A DNA stretch of 64,000 nt from Spirosomataceae bacterium (GCA_041689775.1 JBDNFP010000193.1:744-64743); one strand, 5' to 3'; shown: positions 47,382-59,582, counted from the first letter of the stretch. Program-made: numbers and translations. Notes: generated from the sequence alone by a model not told the origin.

Positions 47382-48668
47382 CTAGCTAAACCAGCGATCG
47401 TTTTTCTGATTAATGACACCAACCGCCCGCCCTTTGAGAGTTTGCCCCAGAAATGGGCTGTTGCGTGATTTTGAGTAGCTCTTGTTATACGTCCATTCCT
47501 CATCCGCAGAAAAAACCGTCAGGTTTGCGGGCTGTCCTTCGGCAACTCTTACCGAGGGCAGGCGCAGAATAGCGCGCGGACGACTCGTTAGTTTTTCTAT
47601 GAGCTCTTCCAGGGGTAATCCGCTGTGCATGACACCCAACGAAAAGGCCGTTTCCAACCCCAGTATCCCGAAATCAGCGTGGTCAAATTCAAGGTTTTTG
47701 CATTCGTCGTCATGCGGGCTGTGATCTGACACCAAACAGTCAATAGTACCATCGGCTAGTCCTGCCCGGAGGGCGATAATATCGGCCAGAGCGCGGAACG
47801 GTGGATTTACTTTCAGATTGGTATCAAACCCAAGTAATGCGGTATCGTTAAAAGCCAACTGATGGGCCGCTATATCGCAGGTTACGGGGAGTCCTTCCTT
47901 CTTCGCCTCGCGGATCAACTCCACCGCACCGGCCGTCGAGACCAGTGATACGTGCAATAACGGCGCTCCTTTAATGGGTAATGTTTCCTGACTGAGTACA
48001 TAGGCCAACAATTTCAGGTCCCGCATCAGCATCATTTCTTCGGCTAAAGATGGCATACCCTTCATCCCGAGTATCGTACTCGTAATCCCCTCGTTCATTT
48101 GCCCAAATAGGGTCAGTTGCCGGTCTTCGGGCCGGTTAATCAGCAGTGAATTCAATGGGCGCAGATACAGCAGTGCCTTTACCAGAATATCAGCATTCTG
48201 AATGGGATGTTCCCCGTCGGTGAAAGCTACGGCACCGGCGGTATGCAGGTCGATCATGTCCGTAAAGTCCTTACCTTCGGCATCTTTGGTAACGGCCGCC
48301 GCTACGTGGATTTGCACTACTCCACCCCGCCGCTCCTGCCGGACGTAGTTGAGGGTATCTTTGGCATCAACCACCGGGCGGGAATTTGGCAGCAACACAA
48401 TTTCCGTAAAACCACCGCGCATGGCTACTTCCCGGACTGTGTCCAGATCTTCCTTTTGCTCCCGACCGGGGTCGCTCGATCCCACCCGCATGTCGAGCCA
48501 GCCCGGAGATACACACCACTGCCTGCCTTCTATTTCACGGGCTCCCTCCGCAGATAAAGACTCCCCGATCTGCACGATAATTCCGTCCTCCACCAGTATG
48601 TCTAGTACCTGCCCGTTGTGGGGGGAGTTTTTTTCAATGATCCGAACCGCGCGCAAGAGTAATTTCAT
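47382..48668 (-). CDS. Dihydroorotase-like protein lacking the HxH metal motif (PyrC'-type).
   Basis: Amidohydrolase fold with SDHSPH conserved, but the position of DxHxH reads LDMRVG. Confidence 0.7.
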   Translation of the reverse strand: MKLLLRAVRIIEKNSPHNGQVLDILVEDGIIVQIGESLSAEGAREIEGRQWCVSPGWLDMRVGSSDPGREQKEDLDTVREVAMRGGFTEIVLLPNSRPVVDAKDTLNYVRQERRGGVVQIHVAAAVTKDAEGKDFTDMIDLHTAGAVAFTDGEHPIQNADILVKALLYLRPLNSLLINRPEDRQLTLFGQMNEGITSTILGMKGMPSLAEEMMLMRDLKLLAYVLSQETLPIKGAPLLHVSLVSTAGAVELIREAKKEGLPVTCDIAAHQLAFNDTALLGFDTNLKVNPPFRALADIIALRAGLADGTIDCLVSDHSPHDDECKNLEFDHADFGILGLETAFSLGVMHSGLPLEELIEKLTSRPRAILRLPSVRVAEGQPANLTVFSADEEWTYNKSYSKSRNSPFLGQTLKGRAVGVINQKNDRWFS

Positions 48669-48692
48669 TCAATTCTATGCTTAGGAGTACCA

Positions 48693-48716
48693 TAAAAAAA
48701 GCTCCTTTCGGAGCTT
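48693..48716 (-). terminator. gcvH terminator.
   Basis: On the - strand, AAGCTCC-GAAA-GGAGCTT followed by T7. Confidence 0.7.
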
Positions 48717-48728
48717 CGGGACACCTGA

Positions 48729-49109
48729 TCAGGCACCCACGAGTTCTTTGTACGCATCGACTGTCATCAAATCGTCTGCCTCGCCGGGATTCGTAACCTT
48801 AAAACGGATCATCCAGCCTTCGCCGTAAGGATCATTATTGACCAATTCGGGAGCGCCATCCAGAGCAGGGTTTATTTCAAGAATCTCACCACTAATGGGT
48901 AAGAAAAGATCCGAAACCGTCTTCACTGCTTCCACTGATCCGAAAATCTCCCCTTTTTCCAGAGCATCGCCTACGGTGTTTACGTCCACGTACACAATAT
49001 CGCCCAACTCACCCTGCGCATAATCGGTAATTCCTACGGTAGCTACATCGCCGTCGAAGCGAATCCACTCGTGATCTTCGGTATATTTCAATTCTTCTGG
49101 ATATTGCAT
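48729..49109 (-). CDS. gcvH: Glycine cleavage system protein H.
   Basis: 126 aa with lipoyl-lysine motif SVEAVKTVSD. Confidence 0.9.
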   Translation of the reverse strand: MQYPEELKYTEDHEWIRFDGDVATVGITDYAQGELGDIVYVDVNTVGDALEKGEIFGSVEAVKTVSDLFLPISGEILEINPALDGAPELVNNDPYGEGWMIRFKVTNPGEADDLMTVDAYKELVGA

Positions 49110-49502
49110 ATCGGCTCTGATCTGTCAGTTTGTGAAGTAATATTAAATTTGCACCGCAAATTACAGGATGTCAGGTATATTTTCCAAATAAGTTTTTGGC
49201 CGCTTATCAATTACTTCTGGTGTGCTTAGACGATATAATTCCATTATCAGTGACGTATAAAAATAACGGTTACCGCCTCTGAATTTTATAGTTTCTGCTG
49301 CGCCCTAGTTTTAATCTAATTTGTAAATTTATAAATGCTCATAGCTGATGTACCCAAATAACTACCCTAAGTCATAGAATTACTATGTTTTTACCTTGTT
49401 TTTTATCCGGCCGAAACAGCGTACAAACAGATGATCCGTGAACATTTCTCTAATCATTTGTTATAGTATCGTACTATTTCTTCCAGCCTTACCCCACTTC
49501 TA

Positions 49503-50399
49503 ATGCAAAGACGACAATTCCTCCAAGCCTCGGCCCTAACAGGCTTAACCATATTGAATAGTAAATCTCTCCTCGCCCAGCTGTTGGCCGAAGATCCTTA
49601 CAAAATGCAGGACCTCCGTGGTGGAGTAGGTATATTTACCGAACGTGGGGGTACGATTGCCTACCTGATCAACAAGGACGGAATAGCCGTGGTGGATACG
49701 CAGTTCCCGGAGCAGTCTACGCATCTGATCGAAGCCTTGAAGAAGAAAGGAGAACAACCCATACAGTACCTTATTAACACCCACCACCACGGCGACCACT
49801 CGGGTGGAAATATTTCCTTTAAAGGCATAGCCCAAAACGTGGTAGCGCACGTAAACTCGGCCGCTAACCAGCGCAGCGTGGCCGAAAAACAAAACGCGGT
49901 GGATAAGAATCTATTTCCTGATACGATCTACACTAAAAAATGGAAACAAAAAGTTGGCAATGAGAGTATCCGGATGCACTACTTCGGAGCGGGCCATACG
50001 GACGGAGACAGCATCGTCCACTTCGAGAATACCAATATCGCCCACATGGGTGACCTACTTTTTAACGGACGCTATCCTTTCATAGATGCCACCGCCGGAG
50101 CCAGCGTAACCAGTTGGGTGAAGGTACTCGATAAGACCCTCAAAACGTTTGACAAGGATACTCTTTTTGTGTTTGGTCACGCTTTTGATCCCGAAAAGAT
50201 CACCGGTGGTCAAGAAGAGATAAAGCTCTTTAAGGATTATCTGGAAAAGCTATTGGTTTACGTTGGTAAGGAAATCAAAGCTGGGAAAACCAAAGAAGAG
50301 ATTTTACTAACCAAGAATATTCCGGGCGTAACCTACATGCAGGGAGCCGGCATTGAACGCAGCCTAAGCCCTACCTACGATGAATTGGTAAAAGGCTAG
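49503..50399 (+). CDS. MBL-fold metallo-hydrolase with a Tat signal.
   Basis: QRRQFLQASAL signal and THHHGDHSGG motif. Confidence 0.8.
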   Translation: MQRRQFLQASALTGLTILNSKSLLAQLLAEDPYKMQDLRGGVGIFTERGGTIAYLINKDGIAVVDTQFPEQSTHLIEALKKKGEQPIQYLINTHHHGDHSGGNISFKGIAQNVVAHVNSAANQRSVAEKQNAVDKNLFPDTIYTKKWKQKVGNESIRMHYFGAGHTDGDSIVHFENTNIAHMGDLLFNGRYPFIDATAGASVTSWVKVLDKTLKTFDKDTLFVFGHAFDPEKITGGQEEIKLFKDYLEKLLVYVGKEIKAGKTKEEILLTKNIPGVTYMQGAGIERSLSPTYDELVKG

Positions 50400-50507
50400 A
50401 GGAAACCTGCGAAACCTACTACATGTTGTAGATGGGAGTAATCTGAGAGATATCTCTGACATGCTCCCATTTCTTGTTTTTGAACCACCATAATAATCAC
50501 AAACTTC

Positions 50508-51577
50508 ATGGAAAATATCCTATTTTCTCCTTTACAGATTCGAGGGGTAGAGTTTAGAAACCGCATTGGGGTATCGCCCATGTGTATGTACAGCAGCATC
50601 GACGGGTTTGCCAACGACTGGCACTTAGTACATTTAGGTAGCCGGGCCGTGGGTGGTGCGGGGTTGGTATTCACCGAAGCTACCGCCATTACTCCCGAAG
50701 GTAGAATCACCCCCAATGACCTCGGTATCTGGAAAGATGAACACATCAGCTTTTTGAAAAGAATCACGGCATTTATTCAAGAACACGGGGCCGTGGCGGG
50801 CATTCAGTTAGCTCACGCCGGCCGGAAGGCCAGCACCCAACGGCCCTGGGAAGGAGGACAGCCTTTACCTGCCGATCACCCGGATGCCTGGAAAACCGTT
50901 GGCCCGAGCGCGCTCCCTTTTTCTGAGACATCACCTACCCCGAAAGAACTAACTACGGACGACATAAAGACCATCGTTCACAAATTCCAGGGCGCTGCCA
51001 CAAGGGCTTTAAAAGCCGGATTTAAGGTCGTGGAAATTCATGCCGCTCACGGCTATCTACTGCACGAATTCTTATCGCCCATCAGTAATAAGCGCACCGA
51101 TCAGTACGGTGGCAATTTTGAGAACCGAATCAGGATTGTGGTAGAAATAACCGAGGCTATCCGACAGGTATGGCCGCAGGAGCTTCCTTTATTCATGCGC
51201 ATTTCGGCCACGGACTGGACCGAAGGCGGCTGGAACGCCGATGACTCCGTTGCTTTGGCCAAAGAACTCATACCACACGGCATAGATTTGATCGACTGCT
51301 CAACGGGAGGAAATATAGCGCAGGCGCAAATTCCGGTGGGGCCCGGCTACCAGTACCTTTCGCAGAAAAAGTAAAGAAAGAAGCGGGTATTAAAACAGCA
51401 GCCGTCGGAATTATCGTGGAAGCAGACCAAGCTAATGCAATCATTACCGAGGGTAGAGCTGATATGGTATTCATGGCCCGGGAGTTTTTGCGTGATCCCT
51501 ACTTCCCACTGTACGCCGCTAAACAATTAGATGAGGATATAGCCTGGCCGTTGCAGTACGTTCGTGCTAAGAGGTAG
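50508..51577 (+). pseudogene. NADH:flavin oxidoreductase (Old Yellow Enzyme, NamA/YqjM-like) with a 1-nt deletion frameshift near 51351-51354.
   Basis: Frame 0 ends ...GPGYQYLSQKK*. Frame -1 continues VPFAEKVKKEAGIKTAAVGII...GRADMVFMAREFLRDPYFP...* (TAG at 51575-51577). The conserved string PGYQVPFAE is restored by one extra G after CAG. Confidence 0.8.
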
Positions 51578-51586
51578 TAATTCAAT

Positions 51587-51622
51587 CCCAATCTGACAAG
51601 TTTTAAAACCTGTTAGGTTGGG
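51587..51622. terminator. Bidirectional hairpin between the convergent OYE and sprA genes. It is a degenerate member of the 12634-type palindrome.
   Basis: 18-position stem with 2 G-U pairs and 1 mismatch. The core is CTGACAAGTTTTAAAACCTGTTAGG. Confidence 0.55.
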
Positions 51623-51629
51623 CATTTTC

Positions 51630-54600
51630 CTACTCCGCCAAATTGAATTTCACCTGCACCCCGCCCGCGGTGGTAGAACGATAGAACGAATTGGACACCA
51701 AAGGATCATTGAAGGTACGATCGAAATAGAATTGCAGACTGAGGCGATTACTCACGACGTAGTTGACCGTGGGCCGAAGCTGGAAGTTGATATTACCCGC
51801 AATCGGGATATTCTGCCCGTCAAACTTCCGCTGAATTGAACGGGTATCACGGAAAGACAATCCGACCTGCACCGTCAAATCATTTTTCAGTTTCTTTTTG
51901 ACTCCATTCACCTTAAACGGTATGGGCACATTGTTCTTCGTGAAGCCAATACTGATCGTCAAATCCTGATTGAATAACTCCGCTACCTGCGAGTTGGATA
52001 AGTTTAACGCCACCGTGCGATCACGGTTGTAGTCGATACGGCCCGTGATCCTGCTTTGGGTACGGAAATTAATTCCAATCAGTGGGGAGAACTTCTCGGA
52101 CATCGTGATAGTGCTCATCACGAATACCGGTACGTACTGCCCCAGGTAGTTACTACGCCCCGAGAGCGGATAGCCCGTCACGGCCAGATTCACGTAGAGC
52201 GATTCGTAGTCCAGCGAAGAAGTAAAATTGCCCACGCTATAATTGGAAATATAATTGTGCGTCAGCGTAAAAGAACTGAATATCTTCTTGAAAGGGGCCA
52301 ACTGCGATAAGCCATTGTAGTCAACCCGCCAGTTAGGCATCGGGAAACCGAGGAAGGGCGATACCTTCACCGTCTCGGGGTCCTTGCCGGTATAGGCAGC
52401 AAAGAAGGCCGGAATCAGTACGTCCTGCGAGTTTTCGTTGTATTCTCCGCCGCTACCATTCTCGGAATTGAGTCGTTGACGAAGAATCTCGCGGTAGCTC
52501 CGAAAACGATCATAAACGGGGGAGCTATTGTCCCGGTTCACTTTGGCAAAGGCCGTCCGGAACGACATGAACGACATACTGAACTGACCGTTCCGCACCG
52601 GACTCTGACTAATGAAGTTTCCACCGGGTTCTTCCGGTCGGTAGAACTCCTGATAGGCATCCTGCCGGGTCAGTCGCCCTTCAATCTGCATTCTAAAATC
52701 CTTGAAGGGTTCCAGGGTCGTTCGAAAATTGAAATTTTTCTGAATGGTCTGCTGAAACGGCTGATTCTGTACCGTACTGGACGTAATCCAGCCGTTATTG
52801 GCTGCCTTCACGTGAATCAGCCTATCCTGACTACCCAACACAAAGGGCAGACCGGGGGCGTTGGCATCATCGAGACCAAAGTACCTAGGCGTGCGGAGAT
52901 AACCCGGCAAGGCCGTTGTTTCTAAAACGGTATAGCTTACATTGATGCCACGAACGGTCATCAGTACCCGGGCGATGTTTTTAAGTACTTTACTCGGTGG
53001 TGGTGGTAACTCTTCTATATCTCCGGGGCTACGGGCAAAATTCTTTTTCCGCTGCGAAGGCGAGTTAGCAAAGCGCAGGTATTTCAGCTTATTGTACAGA
53101 GCAACGAAGTCTACGCGGCCACTAATGCCTCGCTCGCGGCTGTTCCGGATAATATTACCAAACGGTATTCCCAGCGAATCTTTGATCCCGAGTGCATTAG
53201 CCTGAAAATTATACGCTATGGTATGGTTATAATCGGCGGTCATCCAGTCGGTAAGCGGAAGTTTATCCAACGGTAATCGGTACGTAAACCGAATCCGCTG
53301 ATCAAAATTCTTGATCCGGCCTAGTTTCTTAAAATTACTCCACAAGGAATCCTGTTTTACCTCCGTATTGATATCCCCCATGGGCTCATCGATAATAGCA
53401 TTGGCTACGGTATTATAGCTCAGTACGATATTCTTTGTCAGGTTCCAGGTAAGGTCATAATACCGATTAAACCAGAAATACTTTTCGTAGAACGGTTCCA
53501 TACCCGACGTCGTCAGATCTGAGTTACGCAGTTGGGTCTTGGTAAAGCTGCGATCTACGTCCGTTCTTAGCGATACGGAAGAAGGCAGTAACGTCAGGTT
53601 GAAATCTTTCACAAAACCCAGATAACGGCTTTCGGTCTGCCATTTACGGAACGGTTCAAAGGCCTTCGGCTGGGAGGTATAGGTATAGGCTACGCCCCCG
53701 CGGTACATTCTCTGGGAGTACTCGTCCGTCAGAATATTCGTTCTTTTTAAGTCACTGAAAGCGTAGGTAAACGATAAATTTTCAAAGTCATAAAAATGGT
53801 TCTTTGCTCCTTGCTTTGTTTTTACCTTCCGGACGTTGGACAAGTTGATACCCCGCCGCACGGAGTTGTCCTCCACCAGCCTGCGGTATCGATCTCGTTC
53901 TTCGGCGTTGTCCAAATTTTCTAGTGAAGTAGTCAGGGGCATGTCCGGATCCAGTGGATTAAAGTGCGGACTTATTCGGCGGTTGTCGTAGTTGATGTAC
54001 AGTGGTATACTGAACCCCCACTGCTGCGGCAGTAGTTTATCCACCGCAATGTTGGATGAAATACCAAACTCGGTGGTGGTAGAGCGGGCCCGCTCCCCAA
54101 TCCGCATCTGCACACCACCAAAGCCAAATGTCTCCACCCTACCCGATGCCGTCACGGTGGCAAAATCAGCCAACTTAGCGTTCAGCTGAGCAATAGCCGC
54201 CTCGCCCGAGGTTTCATCAAAGCCTTCCACGTGCATTTCGTTTACCCACACGCAAAAACTCTTCGAGCGTTCATCCGGTGTCTTTGGATTTCGTACCCCA
54301 ATCATCAGTACGCGCACCGCACTCAGGTCAGGGTTTCCGACCACCGTCACCTTGTAGCGGCCATCAGCCGTCATGATGGAATAGGGTAAACTGATCGCGC
54401 TGTTCTCACTACGGTTTCGCTGTGACTTAGCCCTGATCAATTCATCAAAAGCAACATTAAGCTCATTTTCCAGGGGCCATACCTCTTCGGATTGGCTTAT
54501 ATTTTCTGGCGTTGCCCGTAAGTTGGCCACTTCTATTTCGTAATAGTTTTGGGTAAGGTCGGTACCAAGGCGTAAAAAGCCCCCTACCTGCCCACTCTCG

Positions 54601-57600
54601 TTGTCGTCGTTGTGCATGTGGATATACATGCGTAGTCTTTTCCGGAATTGCAGATCAAGATTTACGTTCTTGAATACCGCTCTCGAATCGCCGTCGCGAA
54701 GGTTCGTCACGCACAAGCTCATGGATTGCTCATTGAGCTGGAAATTACCCGCCGGCTGAGTAAAGTCTTGGTCCCGTTTCCAACCCGGAGGTACGGCGTA
54801 TACGTATTTCTTGTTAGAATTATTGGCCTGGCTATTTTCTTCGATACTTACGGTACCAACCGTAAACTGCGCATCGTACGGCTCAGGTACTTCCTGCAAA
54901 CCAGGCGAGTCCAAGTCAGACAAGTACTTGCGGTACTGCTGCCCCACCATCTGTAGTTGCGCAAAACGAAGAACAACGGGCTGCTCAAAGTCGGTCAGGT
55001 ATACCCGGATAAAACGGATGGATTTAAAGCCATTGATCTGCCCTACCTTACGGGTAAACTCCCGCACCGGCATCCGGAATAAGTACCAGTTAGCTCCGTT
55101 TGCTACCGTTTTATCAACGATATGCCCCTGGCCTATTTCCAGTCGATTGGGTTTCAGGTTAATTTCGTATTCGTAGTAAGCTTCATTGTCGTTGATGGTA
55201 TTATCTACGTTTAAATCTTCCGCATCCGGGATATTGGTTGCCGCAGGAGTAACGGTGTTATTGCTATTGGTGGCGGTGCTTTCGGGGGAGTTACCTTCCA
55301 TTCCAAGGTAATCCTTATAACGTTCCAGAATCTTCTTATCTGCTGCGTCCAGTTCAGCACCCAGATAAAACTGAAAATCATCTCCGGAGGGGTCAGCCAG
55401 AATTCGTTCTCTTGCCGCAGCTGTGAGGATAGCCGGAAGGCGGTCCAGAAATCTTTCCTTAAAGTAACGACGCTCGTCATCGTTGACCAAACCGTCAAGG
55501 CCGATATCTTGCTTCGCGCGCGCGCCCGGCTCATTGCTGAACGCATTGATCAGGAACTGCTGCTTCGAAACCCGTCCCCAGGCTGTGCTGTCAACATTCA
55601 CGCCCGGTTTTATCGGACCTACCGGTAATCCGTTTTCAAAATTGTACCGACCATCTTTTATTACGTCTTCTGATATATCACCGAGGTTAAATACCAGCTT
55701 ACCGCCCGTTGTATTATTTTTATTTTCGATACCGTCGCGCACGACTCCGTTTACCCCTCCAATGAACGGGTCCATCATCCAGAACTCGATGTTTTCAATG
55801 TTGGCGTTATCAAAGTCAATATCGGAAGTTACCGCCCGGGTAATAGCCCCAAAGTTGCGGCGCGCGTCCTTCAAGCGCCCGTCCTGATCCAAGTCTACGT
55901 TGTAATTGTACATACCCCGTTCTCTGGGGTAGTAGGCTATATCCAAAATACTCTGGGGTAGGTTCTACGGTGGTACCGAGCGACCAGGAAACAAATCTCG
56001 AGGGTAGAAGAGTCGTTCGTAGTAATTTTGGAGTACTTCATCGGTAATGGTTGGAGGCCGCAGCGATCCGCCACCAACACCTAGCCCGGTAAAACCAAAA
56101 ATATTATCCACGGTATATGCGGCAATCTTAGCCCTTTTGAAACCAAATTCAAGCGGGTTATCGGGGGTGCCCTGTGGGTACTGCTGAGGCGTTGCGCCCA
56201 AACGCCAGCGGGTAGGCTGACGGGTAAGATCATAGATGGTACGGGTGGCTTCAAAGTCATCGACCAGCGAACGGTTATTGACTCGAGGAGCTACCCCAGG
56301 GAAAATTTTGGCAACCTCCCCCTTAAACTGAATACTAGATGGCTCTTTGGTCTGAATCAGCGGAAGCTTATCGAGCCACTTGGTCAGGAAGGGCGCATCT
56401 TTCCGAATGTTGGCGTCAAATCCCAGAATGGTATTATTGGTAGGCTCGTTACCAATGGCAACCCGGGTCAAAAAACCAGCGGGCGTCTCCCGGTGCCGCA
56501 TGGCGGTCATACCAATGCTGATATCATTATTCACCAGGTAGTCAAGACGAGTACCCACCAAAGTTCTGATCTGATTATTAAACATATCAGGCCGTTCAAA
56601 CTCTATGATGATTTCTCTTCCGGAGTTCAGAACGCTTGGATTGATCAACCGTACTCTACCAATCTGCGCTTCTACGATAAAGTCCTGACCCGCCGCCAAC
56701 GACACCCCGCCGGCCGTTACGGTGACCGATTGCTCCGAAACACCAAAAGGTAGCTGCACGTCGGTACCACCAGCCGACTGATAGGCTCCTTTGAGATAAA
56801 ACTTATTGCGTTCCGATACCTGTTGAGCATCGATCAGCGTGGTGCGGTACAGCTCGTTAAATACGTACTTATTTTTCAGTATATCCTCATCCGCATCAAA
56901 ATACTTGGCGAGGTTGGAGCCAAAAGGTTCCAGTACCGGGAAGAACACCCGACCCGTACGCGGATCAATAGTAATCCCTTCCACAAAGTCGAAGTTACCA
57001 TCCGGTTGGAGATCATTGACGGGGTTAAGTCGGTCAAGTCCTACAACCCGGAGCAATGGTTTATTTTGCAGATTTCGGCCTTCCTGCAAATTGGGATTAT
57101 CAATACCCGTCAGGTCATCTTTGTATATTACCCGTAGCTGAAAACCATGTTTATCAATTTGGTTAGTGCCTAATGAATACACGTTTTTCATCATCAGGTT
57201 CCACATCGGAAGCTGCGTGTTATTCCGGATCGTAGATGACTTCAATAGTTTAAGCGCAATAACTTCGTCATCGCGGCGGTTCTGATAATCTTCGGTAAGC
57301 TCCCCTACTTTGTACGCCCGCCCGTTGAGGCTATACTCATAGGCGACGGCCAAGACCTCGTCATTACGAAGGGGTACTGTAAGTGAGATATATCCAAGCT
57401 GAGGGTTGTACTTATATTCGCGTTCTTCAATCAATCGTTTGGCTCCACGTAGCAATTCAAAATCTATGCTTTTCTGCAACCCAAGCTGAGAGCTAAGTTC
57501 AAAGTTGGTCCGGTCTACCTGCCGAAATCCATCATTATCTCTCAGGCTCTGGTACAGCCCGTTCGTTTCGTTTCCGGCGGGCTGCCTGGGGCTTATCGGT

Positions 57601-58811
57601 TGCAGGTTGGGATTAGCCGTGTTGTAAGGAGAGGGTTCTCCCAAGTCCGTGAAAGCCGCCAGGTTTCGGAGTGATTCAGTTGTTGTGGTACGGTTGGTTA
57701 CGTATACCTCCAAGCGGGTGATTGCAATACCTGACGTAATCATCGGCAGGTTTTTCAGCGCACTTTCGTACTGATTTCTAAAATACTGAGAGAGAAAGAA
57801 ATGACGATTTTCATCATAGTTATCAACCCGAATTTCAAAATCCTTGGTCTGAGCCCCGCCACGCAGTACAATTCTTTCTTTACGGGAGCGTTGCTGAGAG
57901 GCCACCACGGTAGCATTGAGCTTTCCGAACTGAAATTCCGTTTTCAATCCAAATAGATTCTGAACGCCCGGAATCAACTGACTGTTTAGGGCCCAGCTGA
58001 TATTTCCTGCTTCTATTTTCCGCACCAAGCTTTCCTCGGGTGCTTTGTAGTTAAGTTTTAAGGCGTTTTCAAAGTTAAAACTAGCCTTCGTATCAAAGTT
58101 GGTAAGGAAGCCCATCCGGTCGCCCAGATTTGCGTTGAAGTTGATGTTGATCTGTTCATTGAAGATAAAGTTAGTGTTCCGCCTTTGCCGAACGGGTACC
58201 GCCGGGTTATCGATAAACTGATGCAAGACTCCAAAGTCAAGTGCCACAAATCCATTGGGCTTAAAGTCCATGAAGCTATCCCCAAACAACTTATCCAGGG
58301 CTGGTGGCAGATCAAGCTTTGGTAGTAAACCCCTGCCCCCCATGGCGCTTTTACCGTCCAGCCGGGCCGAATACTCTCGCATCAATGATTCAAACGCCCG
58401 TTGACCCTGCACTTCGTTGTACTCCGACAGGCTCAAACTTTCGGTTGGCCTATACTCCAGACTTCCTTTGGGGGTGATAATATCTTCCGAAATCACCACC
58501 TTCCCCATGCTGTCCAGGCGGATCGTGGTGGTAATATTTTTAGGATCTTTCAGGTAGATTGAAGAGCGGGGCCGAGGCTCTGAGAAGCGATTACGGTAAT
58601 AATCCTGCCAGCGAATGATCGCACTTCTACCCGATTTTTTTAATGCTTCACCCGTGGTATCAGTACCGGTTGTATCCATTTCGTAGGTCACAAGAGGACC
58701 TGCATCTCCCGAAGGTGGAGGTGTGAAACCACCCGTAGCGCTGGCAAGGACATATGCCCCGGCTGTGATGGTAAGAGTACGAAAAAGAAATTGGTAAATA
58801 GTTCCTGACAA
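51630..58811 (-). pseudogene. sprA: T9SS translocon / cell-surface protein SprA. One continuous frame is interrupted by a single in-frame TAG at 55965-55967.
   Basis: The 948-aa and 1438-aa ORFs are in the same frame, 18 nt apart. The combined length is about 2393 codons, as expected for SprA. SprA-like strings include EAGNISWALNSQLIPGVQNLFGLKTEFQFGKLN. Confidence 0.8.
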
Positions 58812-58924
58812 AGCCTATGACACTTGGTTAAAGAGGGTCCGGTTAGTTAACCTGTCTTGTGCTATGCACAAAACGGCTAAAACCTTGCCAATATTCTATC
58901 GGGAAGGTAAAAATAAATCCAAAC

Positions 58925-59518
58925 TCAGCGAAGGGCAAACTTAATCAACTGCTCCACGGTAAGGTCATTGCCTTCCCGCTTGATGATCAAATCCAGACTT
59001 TTCTCGGCGGTGGGCTTGGGAATACCCAGGGTAATTAACGCAGCAAGTGCCTCGCTACGCACCTGATTACCCGAAACACTACCACCCAGAAAGGGCACCG
59101 GCGAGGTCAGAGATTCTTTGCGCATTTTATCTTTAAGTTCAAGAATAACCCGTTGTGCCGTCTTGGAGCCAATTCCTTTCATGGATTGTACTACTTTCAC
59201 ATCCTCGTTCATAATGGCGTGCCTGATCTCCGAGGAAGACAATGACGAGAGCATTACCAAGGCCGTGGCCGGTCCTACCCCCGATATTCCAACGAGGTCC
59301 AGAAATAGTGTTTTTTCATCGAGCTCGCCAAATCCAAACAAAACATGAGCATCTTCCCGGATGTTCAAAAATGTAAACAACTTGGCTTTCTGACCCGGCT
59401 CCGGTAAAGCCGAATAGGTTTGCAGTGATATACGAACTTCGTAACCAACTCCGTGCGCTTCAATGATGGCATAAGCCGGATCTTTGTATGCGAGTTTCCC
59501 TTCTACGTAAGCAATCAT
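58925..59518 (-). CDS. ruvA: Holliday junction branch-migration protein RuvA.
   Basis: N-terminus MIAYVEGKL...GVGYEV and HhH motifs GISGVGPATA and GIGSKTAQR. Confidence 0.9.
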   Translation of the reverse strand: MIAYVEGKLAYKDPAYAIIEAHGVGYEVRISLQTYSALPEPGQKAKLFTFLNIREDAHVLFGFGELDEKTLFLDLVGISGVGPATALVMLSSLSSSEIRHAIMNEDVKVVQSMKGIGSKTAQRVILELKDKMRKESLTSPVPFLGGSVSGNQVRSEALAALITLGIPKPTAEKSLDLIIKREGNDLTVEQLIKFALR

Positions 59519-59554
59519 TCAAGTACTGTTTTTTTGGTAAAATAGTCACAAAAA

Positions 59555-59582
59555 TACCACCCACAATACATTGCGGGTGGTA
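59555..59582 (-). terminator. Terminator after the mltD-like gene.
   Basis: 8-bp stem TACCACCC/GGGTGGTA with a 12-nt loop, followed by a T-run on the - strand. Confidence 0.5.

Noticed and set aside
49110-49502. Possible glycine riboswitch upstream of gcvH.
   Set aside because: I could not find the conserved GGAGAG...CACCG/CUCAGGCAA-type strings on the - strand. Only a small 7-bp inverted repeat (AATTTGC-acc-GCAAATT) is present.
55944-55946. TTG start of a separate 1438-aa protein.
   Set aside because: It is in frame with, and 18 nt from, the upstream sprA ORF, and SprA-like sequence continues across the gap. It is an ORF-finder artefact of the internal TAG.
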